The notes under the pieces are model-generated. The model was not told the origin of the DNA and did not search any database. It saw nothing but the letters and a program-made list of their open reading frames with translations. Positions 1 to 10,247 of a stretch of 64,000 bases of DNA are shown piece by piece. Positions within the stretch are counted from its first letter, which is position 1. Each line of letters opens with the position of its first letter. A program made the translations under genes and the position numbers. The stretch is taken from IMG/VR virus record IMGVR_UViG_3300020046_003388. One strand, 5' to 3'. The DNA comes from an uncultured virus (IMG/VR IMGVR_UViG_3300020046_003388). Its lineage: Duplodnaviria; Heunggongvirae; Uroviricota; Caudoviricetes.

Positions 1-36
1 ACCTACGCTCAGTAAAGGCCCTTCCCGTACCAGGCG

Positions 37-489
37 TTGGATGCCCCCCATCAGACTTATGAGAATGCCTTGAGAGGGGCTGCTGAGGATCCGAGTAGGT
101 CTCCTCCAGACTTGTTCAAGAGCCCAGACCCAGAGTCTCTAGTCGCTCCCCCCTTTGGTGCGAGTAACCGTAGCGGGTTGGGGGACCCAGTTGCAACTGC
201 ACTGCAAGGAAGCTCGGCAGCAGCCGACCTGAAAAACAAGTGGGATTCATTTGGTAAGGATCTGCAAGACAAGACCAAACGCACGAAGTTGACTCAGGAG
301 ATTGCAGCACTACGCGCTAAGCTAGCTAGACTAGAGAAGCGAAAGCAAGATCTTCAAGATCAAACGAAACCCGGACATACTTCTCATGTAGCTGGGAACA
401 CGGATACTCTTGAGCAGCTCAATGCCGAGATTGAAAAGACTCGGCAAGAGCTAACCCAGAAAGAGGCTGAGCTTGCTCAGATTACCTAA
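37..489 (+). CDS. Hypothetical protein with C-terminal coiled coils (start uncertain; may be the 3' part of a longer gene)
   Basis: 150 aa from a TTG with no clear RBS; in-frame TAA at 13-15; heptad-like stretches LTQEIAALRAKLARLEKRKQDLQ and LEQLNAEIEKTRQELTQKEAELAQI; stop abuts the next GTG. Confidence 0.55.
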   Translation: MDAPHQTYENALRGAAEDPSRSPPDLFKSPDPESLVAPPFGASNRSGLGDPVATALQGSSAAADLKNKWDSFGKDLQDKTKRTKLTQEIAALRAKLARLEKRKQDLQDQTKPGHTSHVAGNTDTLEQLNAEIEKTRQELTQKEAELAQIT

Positions 490-2667
490 GTGAGTAACGT
501 ACCCTACGGTAAAATACCAGGTAAAGAGTTCGTAGATGGCGATGATCAGAGGTACGCTCATACTCGGGTGGGGATCATTACACGCGTCGATGCACAGCAC
601 TTGAAGTGCGATGTGCGAGTTCTCAGTGGCTCTGAGCAGAGGTTCGAGGTGGACCTCACTCAGTCTATGGCTGGACCGAGAAGCTTCTTTGGTGGTATTC
701 CAGAAGTCAACTCGATTGTCCTCATTGCCTATCGTAGAATCCACAAGCAAGTATTTGAGGCGGTTATCCTTGGGTACCTACCAACTGGTAACCTTCTAGG
801 GCTCAAGTTCGATCCTCTTAGTCCGGTAGACCCTGGAGATGTGGGGCCAGCGGATGTAGCAGGGGCGGTGAAGGTCTACGGGAAGACGATCCGATACAAG
901 CGGATTACAGGCAAGCCCGGTGACATTCTAGGGATGAGTGCGTCCGGGTCTGAGATGGTACTCTCAGAGGATGTGAAGTTCTGCAATCGAGCGGGAGACC
1001 TAGCTGAGCTACGAGATGTAGACCGTACTTGGGTAACTCAGGCGCTCCATCGAGTAGAGGCAGACTCCGCATCTTACCTATTTTCCGGAGCTGCTCGACG
1101 TGGAGGCATGAACTTACCTGTTGACATCTTCCAGAAGGACAAGGATGGTAAGCTCTCTCGTACAGTTAAGACCCAAGATCAGAGGTTCTTCGGGAGAGAC
1201 GAGCTTGGTAGTGCTGGGGTAGGTACCAACACATTCGTTAACCCGACTACTGGGAAGGTCCTAGATCGGATCAACGCAGACGAAGAGTTTCCACCTCTGA
1301 CTTACTCGAATGGGCGTCAGGTATTCTACGCCTCTGGAAATCAGGCTACCAACTTTGAGGACGTGCTCAACGGTGGTACGGGAAGGGCCTTTACTGAGCG
1401 TAGGTTAGAGATTCGACACGACACAGACCTACAGCAAGAAGTGCTGGAGGAAATCGACGGCTTCTCGATGGACCGTCCGAGAGTCTACATAGAGCAGGTA
1501 TTTGGTACCGTCATTGGCAACGACCCCTTCTCTAGTCTAGGTCAACGTCAGTATGGGCGAATCCTAAAGCCAGCCCTCTTTGAGGACTTTGACCAGACCG
1601 CTCGGCCAAGTGGGTTCCGCATGGAGGAGGCAGCACGACCTCCAAGTGTGTCGATTGATGAAGCCATGAATATGGCGGCAGCTTACTTGTTTACAGTCTC
1701 TCCCCCTCAGAGTGCGTCAAAAAACAAGTTTGCAGTGGCGGTCAGTAAGCAGGGCAAATTGTTCCTGAACGTGCCTGGGTCTACAGTAGAGAACCAGCTC
1801 ACGAACAATATCTCAGCTGAAGTGAACATGGAGGGGGCCCTGAAGGCTCGGCTCGGAGCATCCACTCCAGACAGGATATCCCTTCACCTGACGTTAGAGG
1901 GTGGTGTATTCCTGGACATTGGGTCTAACAAGGACGGGGAGGTAATCACCACCAACTTCAGAGGAGCTGTAAAGCAATCCTACAAGGGTGGCAACAGCGT
2001 CAATGATACGGCACAGAGCGTTGACATTGGGGGTAACACGGAGACCTACGTGGGTGGGAACGACCGTCAAGTAGTTAATGGAGCGTACTCTAAGCGAGTG
2101 GACGGTGGGTACAGTGTCCACGCGGGTAGAATCGCAATGAACGGCTTGAATGGTTTTTCAGGTAACTTTGGAGAGTACAACCTACTAGTTTCTGGGAAGA
2201 CTCAAACTCAGTACGCTTTAGCCGTCCTAGAGACGATCGCACTAGGAGGCAAGATCTCCACGATTCTGGCTGGAGCTAAGGTCCAAAACCTACTTGCTGG
2301 AGCCATGGTCACAAATGTGCTGGCAGGAGCAACTTCGTTCAACAATGCAGCTGGAGCTTTTTCGGTTCTGGTTGGAGTTGGGGCTATTGGTCTCACTACG
2401 GGAGCTGGAGCTATTGGAGTCACTACCGCAGCTGGAGCTATCTCTTTGGCAACTGGGCTAGGAGCTGTATCAATTGTGGGCACCTTGGCCGTAAGTGTGG
2501 TATCAGGAGTAGCCATATCTCTCATGGCTCCTCAGGTCCTACTAGGAGGGCCAGCCGCGGTACTAGGAGTCTCTCGTGGTTTGCCAATGATGCCCCCCCT
2601 TGCTCCCAGTTTGGATTGGGTAACAGGTTTGCCCTTGGCCGGTTCTTGTTTGATTCGAAGTATTTAG
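490..2667 (+). CDS. Baseplate central spike protein (gpV/gp5/VgrG C-terminal-like)
   Basis: N-terminal OB-fold-like pattern RVGIITRVD..CDVRV...GGIPEVNSIVLIAY; C-terminal Gly-rich beta-helix-like repeats (VDIGGNTETYVGGNDRQVVNGAYSKRVDGG, then GAIxLTT units); upstream of wedge genes. Confidence 0.75.
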   Translation: MSNVPYGKIPGKEFVDGDDQRYAHTRVGIITRVDAQHLKCDVRVLSGSEQRFEVDLTQSMAGPRSFFGGIPEVNSIVLIAYRRIHKQVFEAVILGYLPTGNLLGLKFDPLSPVDPGDVGPADVAGAVKVYGKTIRYKRITGKPGDILGMSASGSEMVLSEDVKFCNRAGDLAELRDVDRTWVTQALHRVEADSASYLFSGAARRGGMNLPVDIFQKDKDGKLSRTVKTQDQRFFGRDELGSAGVGTNTFVNPTTGKVLDRINADEEFPPLTYSNGRQVFYASGNQATNFEDVLNGGTGRAFTERRLEIRHDTDLQQEVLEEIDGFSMDRPRVYIEQVFGTVIGNDPFSSLGQRQYGRILKPALFEDFDQTARPSGFRMEEAARPPSVSIDEAMNMAAAYLFTVSPPQSASKNKFAVAVSKQGKLFLNVPGSTVENQLTNNISAEVNMEGALKARLGASTPDRISLHLTLEGGVFLDIGSNKDGEVITTNFRGAVKQSYKGGNSVNDTAQSVDIGGNTETYVGGNDRQVVNGAYSKRVDGGYSVHAGRIAMNGLNGFSGNFGEYNLLVSGKTQTQYALAVLETIALGGKISTILAGAKVQNLLAGAMVTNVLAGATSFNNAAGAFSVLVGVGAIGLTTGAGAIGVTTAAGAISLATGLGAVSIVGTLAVSVVSGVAISLMAPQVLLGGPAAVLGVSRGLPMMPPLAPSLDWVTGLPLAGSCLIRSI

Positions 2668-2682
2668 TGAGCGCATGTTGCT

Positions 2683-2709
2683 CGTCAATAATCGTTCAAT
2701 GGTGGATAC
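2683..2709 (+). promoter_or_regulatory. Repeated element (copy 1), putative late promoter
   Basis: CGTCAATAATCGTTCAATGGTGGATAC; 25/27 identical to 32880-32906, including the exact 20-mer AATAATCGTTCAATGGTGGA; ends 15 nt before ATG 2725. Confidence 0.5.
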
Positions 2710-2724
2710 GAGAGTAGAGGTATC

Positions 2725-3498
2725 ATGCCACCGTCTCGTATTCAACCAGAAGACACTTACGCTTCTTTTCACTCAAGAGAGACATTTACCTCAATTGCTG
2801 ACCGGTTAGGTATATGTCGACCTACCCTTCGTCGTTGGTGGATAGCCAAGTTTGGCATTACTGCTTACGAGCATAGAGCTGCGTCAATCCTTCAGACCCC
2901 TGAGGAGAGAAAAGAACACGTTAAGTCTTATCGAGAGACCAATAGTGAGCTAGTCAAAGCTCAGAAAAAAGCCTGGCGAGAAGCGAATCATGAGAAAGTA
3001 AAAGCAGGCAAGCAGGCCCATCGAGAGACTCATCGAGAAGAGTACCAAGATTACTGTAGGAAGTACTATGCAGCAAACGCTGAGAAATTTAGAGCGGTGT
3101 CCCGACAATACAGGCAGGAAAACGGGGACATCGTTCGACAGAAAGAGAAAGACTATTATCGCACTCACCCAGAAAAAATGCTGTTGAAGAATGCTCGTCA
3201 GAGGGCTCGTAGGTTTTCTGTCCCGTTTGGGATCACCATTGAGGATATCCTGAAACTTTTCCCATCGGATGGTTGTTGCCCCATTACGAAAGAGCCTTTT
3301 GAACAAGGGGATGGTAAAGTTGGGCCTAGGTCTATGTCACTTGATCGCATTAACCCATCTTTGGGTTACGTTCCTGGGAATATTGCTGTTATCAGCCATC
3401 TAGCTAATACGATCAAAAGTGACTGTACAGACCCCGAAGTTTTCCGTCGTGTCGCTCGCTACCTAGAAACTGGTACGTTAGAGACCACATGCTCTTAA
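2725..3498 (+). CDS. Free-standing homing-type endonuclease (HNH/His-Me finger-like) with N-terminal HTH
   Basis: C-terminal CPITKEPF...SLDRINPSLGYVPGNIAVISHLANTIKS; N-terminal HTH-like FTSIADRLGICRPTLRRWW; basic YRExNxE helical repeats. Confidence 0.75.
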   Translation: MPPSRIQPEDTYASFHSRETFTSIADRLGICRPTLRRWWIAKFGITAYEHRAASILQTPEERKEHVKSYRETNSELVKAQKKAWREANHEKVKAGKQAHRETHREEYQDYCRKYYAANAEKFRAVSRQYRQENGDIVRQKEKDYYRTHPEKMLLKNARQRARRFSVPFGITIEDILKLFPSDGCCPITKEPFEQGDGKVGPRSMSLDRINPSLGYVPGNIAVISHLANTIKSDCTDPEVFRRVARYLETGTLETTCS

Positions 3499-4055
3499 TG
3501 CCTAACCTCACTCTAGCAATTATCCAGGGCCTTGCCTCAGGTGGGGTCGTAGGTCCTGCTGTACCGCAACTAGCTCAAGGAATTGCAGGAGGGATCATGC
3601 GCTGGGTCCCTCTTCTCATTGTGAGCACTGTGGATACAGGGACCTATGGGGTAGGGTCGGGTATGGCTCCATTCGCATTGGATGTGGGGTCACTTACGAC
3701 CAACCTTATGAATGCCTATGCCGTGAACGGTCAGCTTGGTCCTATGTCCAAACCCGAGGCAAAGGGGCTAGCTTCGGGACTAGCTTCTGGTTTTGCGCAA
3801 GGGATCATGAAGACGAGTCATGCTACGACAGGGTCTGGGGACGCTCTGGCTAGAGTCTTTGGCCCTCTCGCATTCAGCTCGCTGGAGCAAGGTTTCAAGG
3901 CTGCTGGGATGAAGGGACCTTCCTCAGTGAAAAAGTGCAAGGCAATCTCTACCGCCCTTTTTCTAGGGCTTCAGTTGTTTCAGATGCCAATCAAAATCAT
4001 AGGTCCATCGTCCCCCTCTCCTGGAGGGGGTTCTGGCATCGGTAGAGTCTACTAA
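3489..4055 (+). CDS. Gly-rich virion protein with three internal repeats; candidate spike-tip protein (alternative start 3498, TAATG overlap)
   Basis: Three roughly 60-aa units each with helix-GxxGP-helix plus a Gly-rich hairpin; first structural gene after the spike. Confidence 0.55.
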   Translation: MLLMPNLTLAIIQGLASGGVVGPAVPQLAQGIAGGIMRWVPLLIVSTVDTGTYGVGSGMAPFALDVGSLTTNLMNAYAVNGQLGPMSKPEAKGLASGLASGFAQGIMKTSHATTGSGDALARVFGPLAFSSLEQGFKAAGMKGPSSVKKCKAISTALFLGLQLFQMPIKIIGPSSPSPGGGSGIGRVY

Positions 4056-4063
4056 GAGGTTTC

Positions 4064-7000
4064 ATGGGATTCTCGCTAAAAGGTTACGTCTTAGAGAAGC
4101 CACGGGTTGGAGCTTCCAATTCCGCCTATACTAGCTCTCCGGACAACGTGATCTCCGACTCTGGAGCGTATAGCTCCACTTTTGGTTTGGATGAGACAAG
4201 TCCTGGACGGGTGGAGTACCTCACCTCCGTGCTTGTAGATGGCGACCTTGCAAACGCTGAGTTTGGGTGGACGAAGAACGAGTCGTCCTTTCAACGGTTT
4301 GAGTTCGACGGGGCTGAGCAACGCTTTCGTCCTATGCAGGGTTCGGTTCGACTTGAGGTTGGGACTGTAGACACTACCTCGAACACAACACGATTGAAGC
4401 TACCTAAGCCTACTTTGTCAGCGGCTATAGCGCCTTATCGGCTAGCCGTGGGTAGTGTGGGTAGCGGTACCACGGTGAATATAGTTACCGTAGCGACAGA
4501 TGGTAACTTCGGGAGTCCAGTTAGCGGTACCGTCGAGTTGTCCCTAGCCACGGGAAACTTGCACTGGAACACTACAGACCTGGCTACAACGTTCCTAGGC
4601 CAGAAGGCGTTCTTTCAACGTCAGACATTTTACTCCATCAAGGAGTCTACTGGACGTATTGGAGTTGCAGGGGCCTCCTTGCTCCTCAACCCTCTCCCTA
4701 AGACAGGACAGTTCCCTCTTGTCAGGTTTGGGTTTGGGCTAAGTTTACACCCCATCGAGAGGGCCACGGAGGCTGCGTTCTCTGCGAACCCAGTACAGGG
4801 TACAGTTGAATGGGCTCTGAATACGGGGCTGCTAAAGTTCAATTCAGTGGACTTGGCTGCGAACACTGGGAAGCCCGTCTACTATGAGGGGGTGTATCTC
4901 CAAATTGGGCTACGTCTTCCCCGTCAGGTCATCGGGACCATTAGCGCCCCCACTGCAATTACAGGACTACCTAGTGATGGGGCGGATCTTGTCTTTCGAG
5001 CTGTCCCTACCCTTCTAACGGGTACGGCTACGTTTTCAAGCACCACGACTCTTGTGGATGGTGCGGCTAGTTTCATCGTGAATGGAGTTCAGGCTGGGCA
5101 CATTGCTGTCTTGACAAGCGGTCCCTACGCTGGAGCAAGAAGGGCTATTGTCTCTGTCACTACAACCCAACTCGTAGTAGCTCCTCCTTTCCCAGCTATC
5201 ACGGGGGCAAGCTACAAGATTGAAAAGGGTATCTCTCAGCTCCCTGAGTTTACTCGGACTACCTCATTCAACCTATTCGGTAAGTCAGGGCAGGTACAGG
5301 TCAACCCGTCTACAGGTGCCGTTCAATTCTCATTGTCCGATCAGATTCGATTTGGGGCCCAGTCTGCCGAGGTGGTTTTTGGAGACCTACCTATCGAGCG
5401 TGGGCTAGCTCTTCGCCTCTTTAGAACTCCAGTGGACTTGGCAGCTACGAGCACCACGGTTAAGGACGTAGCAGCTTTCTACCCTACGGTAGGGGCATCC
5501 TTGGCTGACCCTATTGTAGGGGCGCCTATGGTGTTTCTACCCGTTGCTCCCATTGACGATAATGCCTACCCTATGACGTTTACCGTCGAGCAGGGTACGG
5601 GCACCTTTACGGGTGCGTTGGCCAGACTAGATGTCCCCTCCCCCACTGCCGGACTGGGCTATACGATCGACTTCGAGGGGAAGCAGTTCAACTTCGCAAA
5701 ACGAGTAAACAACGAAGTTACTCCTATTGCAAGCATCTCTGGGTCGGTCCAGTTAGGTAACCCTTTGGTGTCCAACGCAACCCTGGAGTTGGATCAAGGA
5801 CTAGGGTACACTCCACTAACCCTAGGGACAGACAGTATTCTAGAGCCGCTATCTGGGGTCGTTACCTTCGTTGAGACCTTAGGTGGAGTTCTGGTGTCGA
5901 GTGGGAAAGGGGTGGTCTCTGCCCTTACTACCCTGACAGACACAAGCGCAAACTTCAGTGGGTTGGTTGCAGGGGATCAATTCATAGCGCTCAATACAGC
6001 ATCCAAGGGGGTGTACGACGTTACCGCAGTTACTGGAGCCACCACCCTCACATTCACTCCCCCTTTCCAAGCAAACACTTCTGGGGTGTCCTACGAGGTA
6101 CGTAGAGGCAAAGAGATCCTAGTTGACCGCTACTTCAAGGAAGTGTTGCTTGCGGACCCGAACACAAAGGTGGAAAAGCTTCGGGGTCTTGGGGCTATCT
6201 CGAACTCCCCTCGCCTAAGCATCCCACTGGCTTACTTGAATGTCTCTAGATTCCGACTGGCTCTTGAATTCCTCACCCTGAGTATCGTTGCGAATGACGC
6301 TGCGTTTACGGCCCCAGCGTCTCTTGCTACAGGGACTGTGCAGATTAGTCAAACTACGGGAAACCTGAACTTCAGTCAGGTCGACGTGGCAACAGGTCAG
6401 ACGGTCTATTGGGCTAGAAAGCTAGTGCAGGGGCAGGAGTATCGAATTGAGCCAGAACTTGGGTTCATTCAGACTACTGAGCGGCTACTAGCTTTGGATG
6501 AGCTGTACATCACGTATAGCTCGACTCAGGATAGCCCCTCCGTTCCGTTTGAAGAACGAGGTACGTTCCTAGTTCGAAAAGAGTTGGTCGTTCACCCAGA
6601 GCCCACGTCCAAGGTGCGCTACAACTTGTTGGGTCGAAGTGTAGCTTCGGTCCCTCCCCCCTCTGTGTTTCGAGGAGGTAGACCGCAAGACGGATCTCAG
6701 ATCGAAGCTACCAATCTTTCGATTACGTTTTTGCCTGATGTCGTGCCGACCGTGGGAGGGGAGGAGCGGGTAACAGACGCTCTTCCCCATGGAGAGATTG
6801 TCCAACCCCATGAGAGAATCTATGTAGACTACTTTGTGTACGATGCTATTGGAGGGGAGAACACAACCACGGTTCTGAAGCCCTCCATTAATCTAGCCAA
6901 AGTGGTGATTACAGAGGGCGACTCCACGTTTAAGGTAAAGGGAGATCGTACTCTCGACTTCCCCGCAAATTACCTTCTGCGCATCGAGACAGAGCAAGCC

Positions 7001-10000
7001 TACTACCTCAGTGGGTCTACTTACAACGCTACCACGGATGAGACTACCGTAACGCTTTTGAGCCCTCAGGTATTTAGAGACTCCTACACTCAACCTCGGT
7101 TGTACCTGTCTTCCGGGGTCATGCGGACTACCAGCGCATTTCTACAGCCAGCCTACTTCACACTAGAGTCAGCTGTTTACGATGGTATCCCTCGTGGGAT
7201 GAATCGATTTAGGCTGCAAGGGGATAGGACCCTTTCCTATGCAGCTGGGGTAGCACTACACTTCTCACAGGTATCTCCATCCGTTAACGACTTCTATCTC
7301 GTAAGTGGGTCTACGTACGACCCGACTCTCGATCGAACGGAAGTTGTTCTGACTCAATCGACAGCAAGGCAGTACACCTCCCACACTCTTCGTAGGGCTG
7401 TTCGGCCCCTACTAGAGGCGACTGCAAAGACCGTCAACACCAGCACTCCTCCTGCAATCCCCCCACCCCTCACATCCATTCTGGACAGCGTAAGGGTATT
7501 TCGTAGGGTAGAGGGTCAAGCCGGGCAAATTCTAGCCTCTCCGCTCGACTTCACCATCAATAACTCAGGGGTTGTCACCTTCAACACTCCGTTGAAGCCT
7601 AGTGAAGAGTTCTCGATCTTCTACACAAGGCATCGATTCATCCAACCAGGGCAACTTCGAGCGTCCTATACGGCATCCATTGCTCCTAACTCTGCAAATG
7701 GCCTTGAGAATCAGGTCCTTACGGCCAACTTTACGGCCCTATCTCCAGACTCCTTTTACTTCCGAGTGGAGACCCTCACAAACTTCCGTGGGGAAGTAGC
7801 TAAGAAGTACAAGGCGGATGCAAGCGCCTCGGCTCCATCGAGTGGCCCTAGGGTGGATAATGCTTCTCAGCCTAAGCTATACGAGCAGGGGCAGAAGTCA
7901 GTTTACTTTGATGAGGGTTACTTGTTGAATGAGGACTTGGTAGCACGAGCTTCCCTCAAGTTCTACAACGACACTGTCAACTTCCTTGAGGACTTGCTAC
8001 GTAATATGGATGGTCGTGTAGTGGGGGACTACGACGGTAAGCTGAAGTTTGACGGGACGACTGGGGTCCTAGTGACTGACTTCTCCCTAGCCACAAACCA
8101 GATTGACGATACGTTCAAGATCTCTGGGTTCCCAATCAACTTTACGCCACCTTTGTTCCCATTCAAGTTCGTTGATACCTACATCAAAGCCTACAAGCCG
8201 AACGCAAAGAGTAGGTTCTTCCCTACGTCTCGCAATCGATACGGGTACACAGTGGTGGGTCTGAATACGGCTGCTGAGACTGGCGCCCAAATGGTAGACC
8301 TGGGGTCGAAGAACATCACGGGCACAGCGCCTGTAGCCTCACGTAGGATACCTAGGGCGCGTGTTGTGGAAGCAGCGGCAGCTGGGGCGACCATCCTGAA
8401 GGTAGATACGACCGCTGCCTTTACGACCGAGCCAGGCCCCTACCGTCCTGCCTTCGTGACTGGCATGAAGGTGGTGGTACGGGACCCTTCAGGGGCTTAC
8501 CTCGTGACGGAGCTTTTTCCGTCAACTGTAACCGTGAGTGGAGCCGACACGCTAACTCTAGCGCCTGGAGTCGTTGGGGCTGTTCCTGTTGGGTCTACCG
8601 TACATCTTGGCGTACTCGATAGCTCCTACCAGAAGAACTTCCGGATTGGGTTTGACGTGGGGTTGGATGCTGAGAAGGGCTACCTACTGTACACAAAACC
8701 ATTCTTCCCGTTTGATGGGACTGTCCCTGCTATCTCGGCTGAGCTGAGGGTTCAGGACGTAAACTCTCAAGAGCTACTTCAGACCTCCATCACGGTCTCA
8801 AACTCCAGTACAGAGCCGGAGAAGTTTCCTTGCCTGCTGGGTAAGGCATTTGATGACGATGGAGATCAGAGACTTCCGCTAATCAATCCTAGCTACCTGA
8901 GGGAGACCGCCCCCCTAGCCGAACCTGGTACCACCAAACCAGCCTACTTGAATCTTGAGCAGACAGCCTTGAGTGACGGTGCAGCTAACGCGGTAAATCC
9001 ATTCACTGGGGTAGGTACACTCAACGTAGCGAGAACCATCATTACGAACCCAGTGAACTTCCCAGTTCCAGTTCCTCAAACTGGAGACCTTGTTAGGATT
9101 ACTTCTGGGTTGAATGGGGTGACTGACTTCCGTAGGGTGAGTGCGGCCACCCTGAATACGATAACCGTAGATGTGCCATTCTCGGTACAAGATGCTGGGT
9201 TCAATTACCTTGTAACCACAGCTGCTAACCTGGTTACAGGCACGATAACTGTCATGGCAGGAGCCGTAGTAACGGACGCTCTTGTAAACTTCGTAACGGC
9301 TGGAGTAAAGCCTGGACAGACCATCGTCCTAACTCAACCTGGCCACTTGGCAGAGCTTGAACGGAGACAGGTACTCTCCGTTACAACGACTCAGCTTACC
9401 TTGACAGCTCCATTTTCTAGCTTGGTTACCCCTGCTACGTATCGAGTACATAACCCAGTCAACACTTACAGCTCTACGACACTAAGCTCGAACCTAGCAA
9501 GTCAGGTTGCCATCCTATCCACAAACTCGGATAGCGAGTTGAATTCGATAGACAACACGTACAATCAAGTATTTACGGATCGGCTATCTCCCACAGTGGC
9601 ATCAGGTACGGCTACTGCGGCAAATACTCTTGTTGGAGTGGGAGTTGATTTCCTTACCTCAAAGGTAGCGATAGGGGACTTTGTGTATGTGCAGCCAGGA
9701 CAAGCGAACGAGGGGATCTACACGGTTGGGGAAGTGGTGAACTCAACCACACTGAAGATCAGTGAGTCCCCAGGGTTCACTAGTCTCGTAGGGTTGACGT
9801 TCCGAGTCGCAAAGTCCTTCGGCCTAGGGGGGCAGGGGTTGAAGGACTTGTTTGATGTGCGTAAGAGCACTGCAACTTACCTACAAGCAATTCAGACTTG
9901 GAATAGCCTAGTAACGACCCCGGTAAGTGTGCTAGTCCCTCCTGGGACTGTAAATGCTACCTACTTCGCGAGAGCTTACACGCTAGCTGATTTCACAAGT

Positions 10001-10243
10001 AGAGGTACATCCGTCACAAATCGCAAGACCTATCTAGACAATACGGGGATTTCAACGGTAGAGAAGGTCCTGTCTTCTGGGGACCGCCTATACGATGCAC
10101 GTTTCGCTTGGATCGACGCTAGAGTTAACCTGGAAAAGGGGATCATTGTCAAGCAGGAGCGAGCAGTCTCAGACCGACTTAAAGCTCAGGCTGAGACCCT
10201 GAAACAACTAATCAAGCTACTTACCGTAGAGGAAGGTACCTGA
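4064..10243 (+). CDS. Very large baseplate/tail-associated structural protein (2059 aa)
   Basis: Long intact ORF with GAGG RBS; T/S/V/G-rich beta composition; repeats GTVELSLATGNLHWN / GTVEWALNTGLLKFN / GTVQISQTTGNLNFS; C-terminal coiled coil. Confidence 0.75.
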   Translation: MGFSLKGYVLEKPRVGASNSAYTSSPDNVISDSGAYSSTFGLDETSPGRVEYLTSVLVDGDLANAEFGWTKNESSFQRFEFDGAEQRFRPMQGSVRLEVGTVDTTSNTTRLKLPKPTLSAAIAPYRLAVGSVGSGTTVNIVTVATDGNFGSPVSGTVELSLATGNLHWNTTDLATTFLGQKAFFQRQTFYSIKESTGRIGVAGASLLLNPLPKTGQFPLVRFGFGLSLHPIERATEAAFSANPVQGTVEWALNTGLLKFNSVDLAANTGKPVYYEGVYLQIGLRLPRQVIGTISAPTAITGLPSDGADLVFRAVPTLLTGTATFSSTTTLVDGAASFIVNGVQAGHIAVLTSGPYAGARRAIVSVTTTQLVVAPPFPAITGASYKIEKGISQLPEFTRTTSFNLFGKSGQVQVNPSTGAVQFSLSDQIRFGAQSAEVVFGDLPIERGLALRLFRTPVDLAATSTTVKDVAAFYPTVGASLADPIVGAPMVFLPVAPIDDNAYPMTFTVEQGTGTFTGALARLDVPSPTAGLGYTIDFEGKQFNFAKRVNNEVTPIASISGSVQLGNPLVSNATLELDQGLGYTPLTLGTDSILEPLSGVVTFVETLGGVLVSSGKGVVSALTTLTDTSANFSGLVAGDQFIALNTASKGVYDVTAVTGATTLTFTPPFQANTSGVSYEVRRGKEILVDRYFKEVLLADPNTKVEKLRGLGAISNSPRLSIPLAYLNVSRFRLALEFLTLSIVANDAAFTAPASLATGTVQISQTTGNLNFSQVDVATGQTVYWARKLVQGQEYRIEPELGFIQTTERLLALDELYITYSSTQDSPSVPFEERGTFLVRKELVVHPEPTSKVRYNLLGRSVASVPPPSVFRGGRPQDGSQIEATNLSITFLPDVVPTVGGEERVTDALPHGEIVQPHERIYVDYFVYDAIGGENTTTVLKPSINLAKVVITEGDSTFKVKGDRTLDFPANYLLRIETEQAYYLSGSTYNATTDETTVTLLSPQVFRDSYTQPRLYLSSGVMRTTSAFLQPAYFTLESAVYDGIPRGMNRFRLQGDRTLSYAAGVALHFSQVSPSVNDFYLVSGSTYDPTLDRTEVVLTQSTARQYTSHTLRRAVRPLLEATAKTVNTSTPPAIPPPLTSILDSVRVFRRVEGQAGQILASPLDFTINNSGVVTFNTPLKPSEEFSIFYTRHRFIQPGQLRASYTASIAPNSANGLENQVLTANFTALSPDSFYFRVETLTNFRGEVAKKYKADASASAPSSGPRVDNASQPKLYEQGQKSVYFDEGYLLNEDLVARASLKFYNDTVNFLEDLLRNMDGRVVGDYDGKLKFDGTTGVLVTDFSLATNQIDDTFKISGFPINFTPPLFPFKFVDTYIKAYKPNAKSRFFPTSRNRYGYTVVGLNTAAETGAQMVDLGSKNITGTAPVASRRIPRARVVEAAAAGATILKVDTTAAFTTEPGPYRPAFVTGMKVVVRDPSGAYLVTELFPSTVTVSGADTLTLAPGVVGAVPVGSTVHLGVLDSSYQKNFRIGFDVGLDAEKGYLLYTKPFFPFDGTVPAISAELRVQDVNSQELLQTSITVSNSSTEPEKFPCLLGKAFDDDGDQRLPLINPSYLRETAPLAEPGTTKPAYLNLEQTALSDGAANAVNPFTGVGTLNVARTIITNPVNFPVPVPQTGDLVRITSGLNGVTDFRRVSAATLNTITVDVPFSVQDAGFNYLVTTAANLVTGTITVMAGAVVTDALVNFVTAGVKPGQTIVLTQPGHLAELERRQVLSVTTTQLTLTAPFSSLVTPATYRVHNPVNTYSSTTLSSNLASQVAILSTNSDSELNSIDNTYNQVFTDRLSPTVASGTATAANTLVGVGVDFLTSKVAIGDFVYVQPGQANEGIYTVGEVVNSTTLKISESPGFTSLVGLTFRVAKSFGLGGQGLKDLFDVRKSTATYLQAIQTWNSLVTTPVSVLVPPGTVNATYFARAYTLADFTSRGTSVTNRKTYLDNTGISTVEKVLSSGDRLYDARFAWIDARVNLEKGIIVKQERAVSDRLKAQAETLKQLIKLLTVEEGT

Positions 10244-10247
10244 CGCC

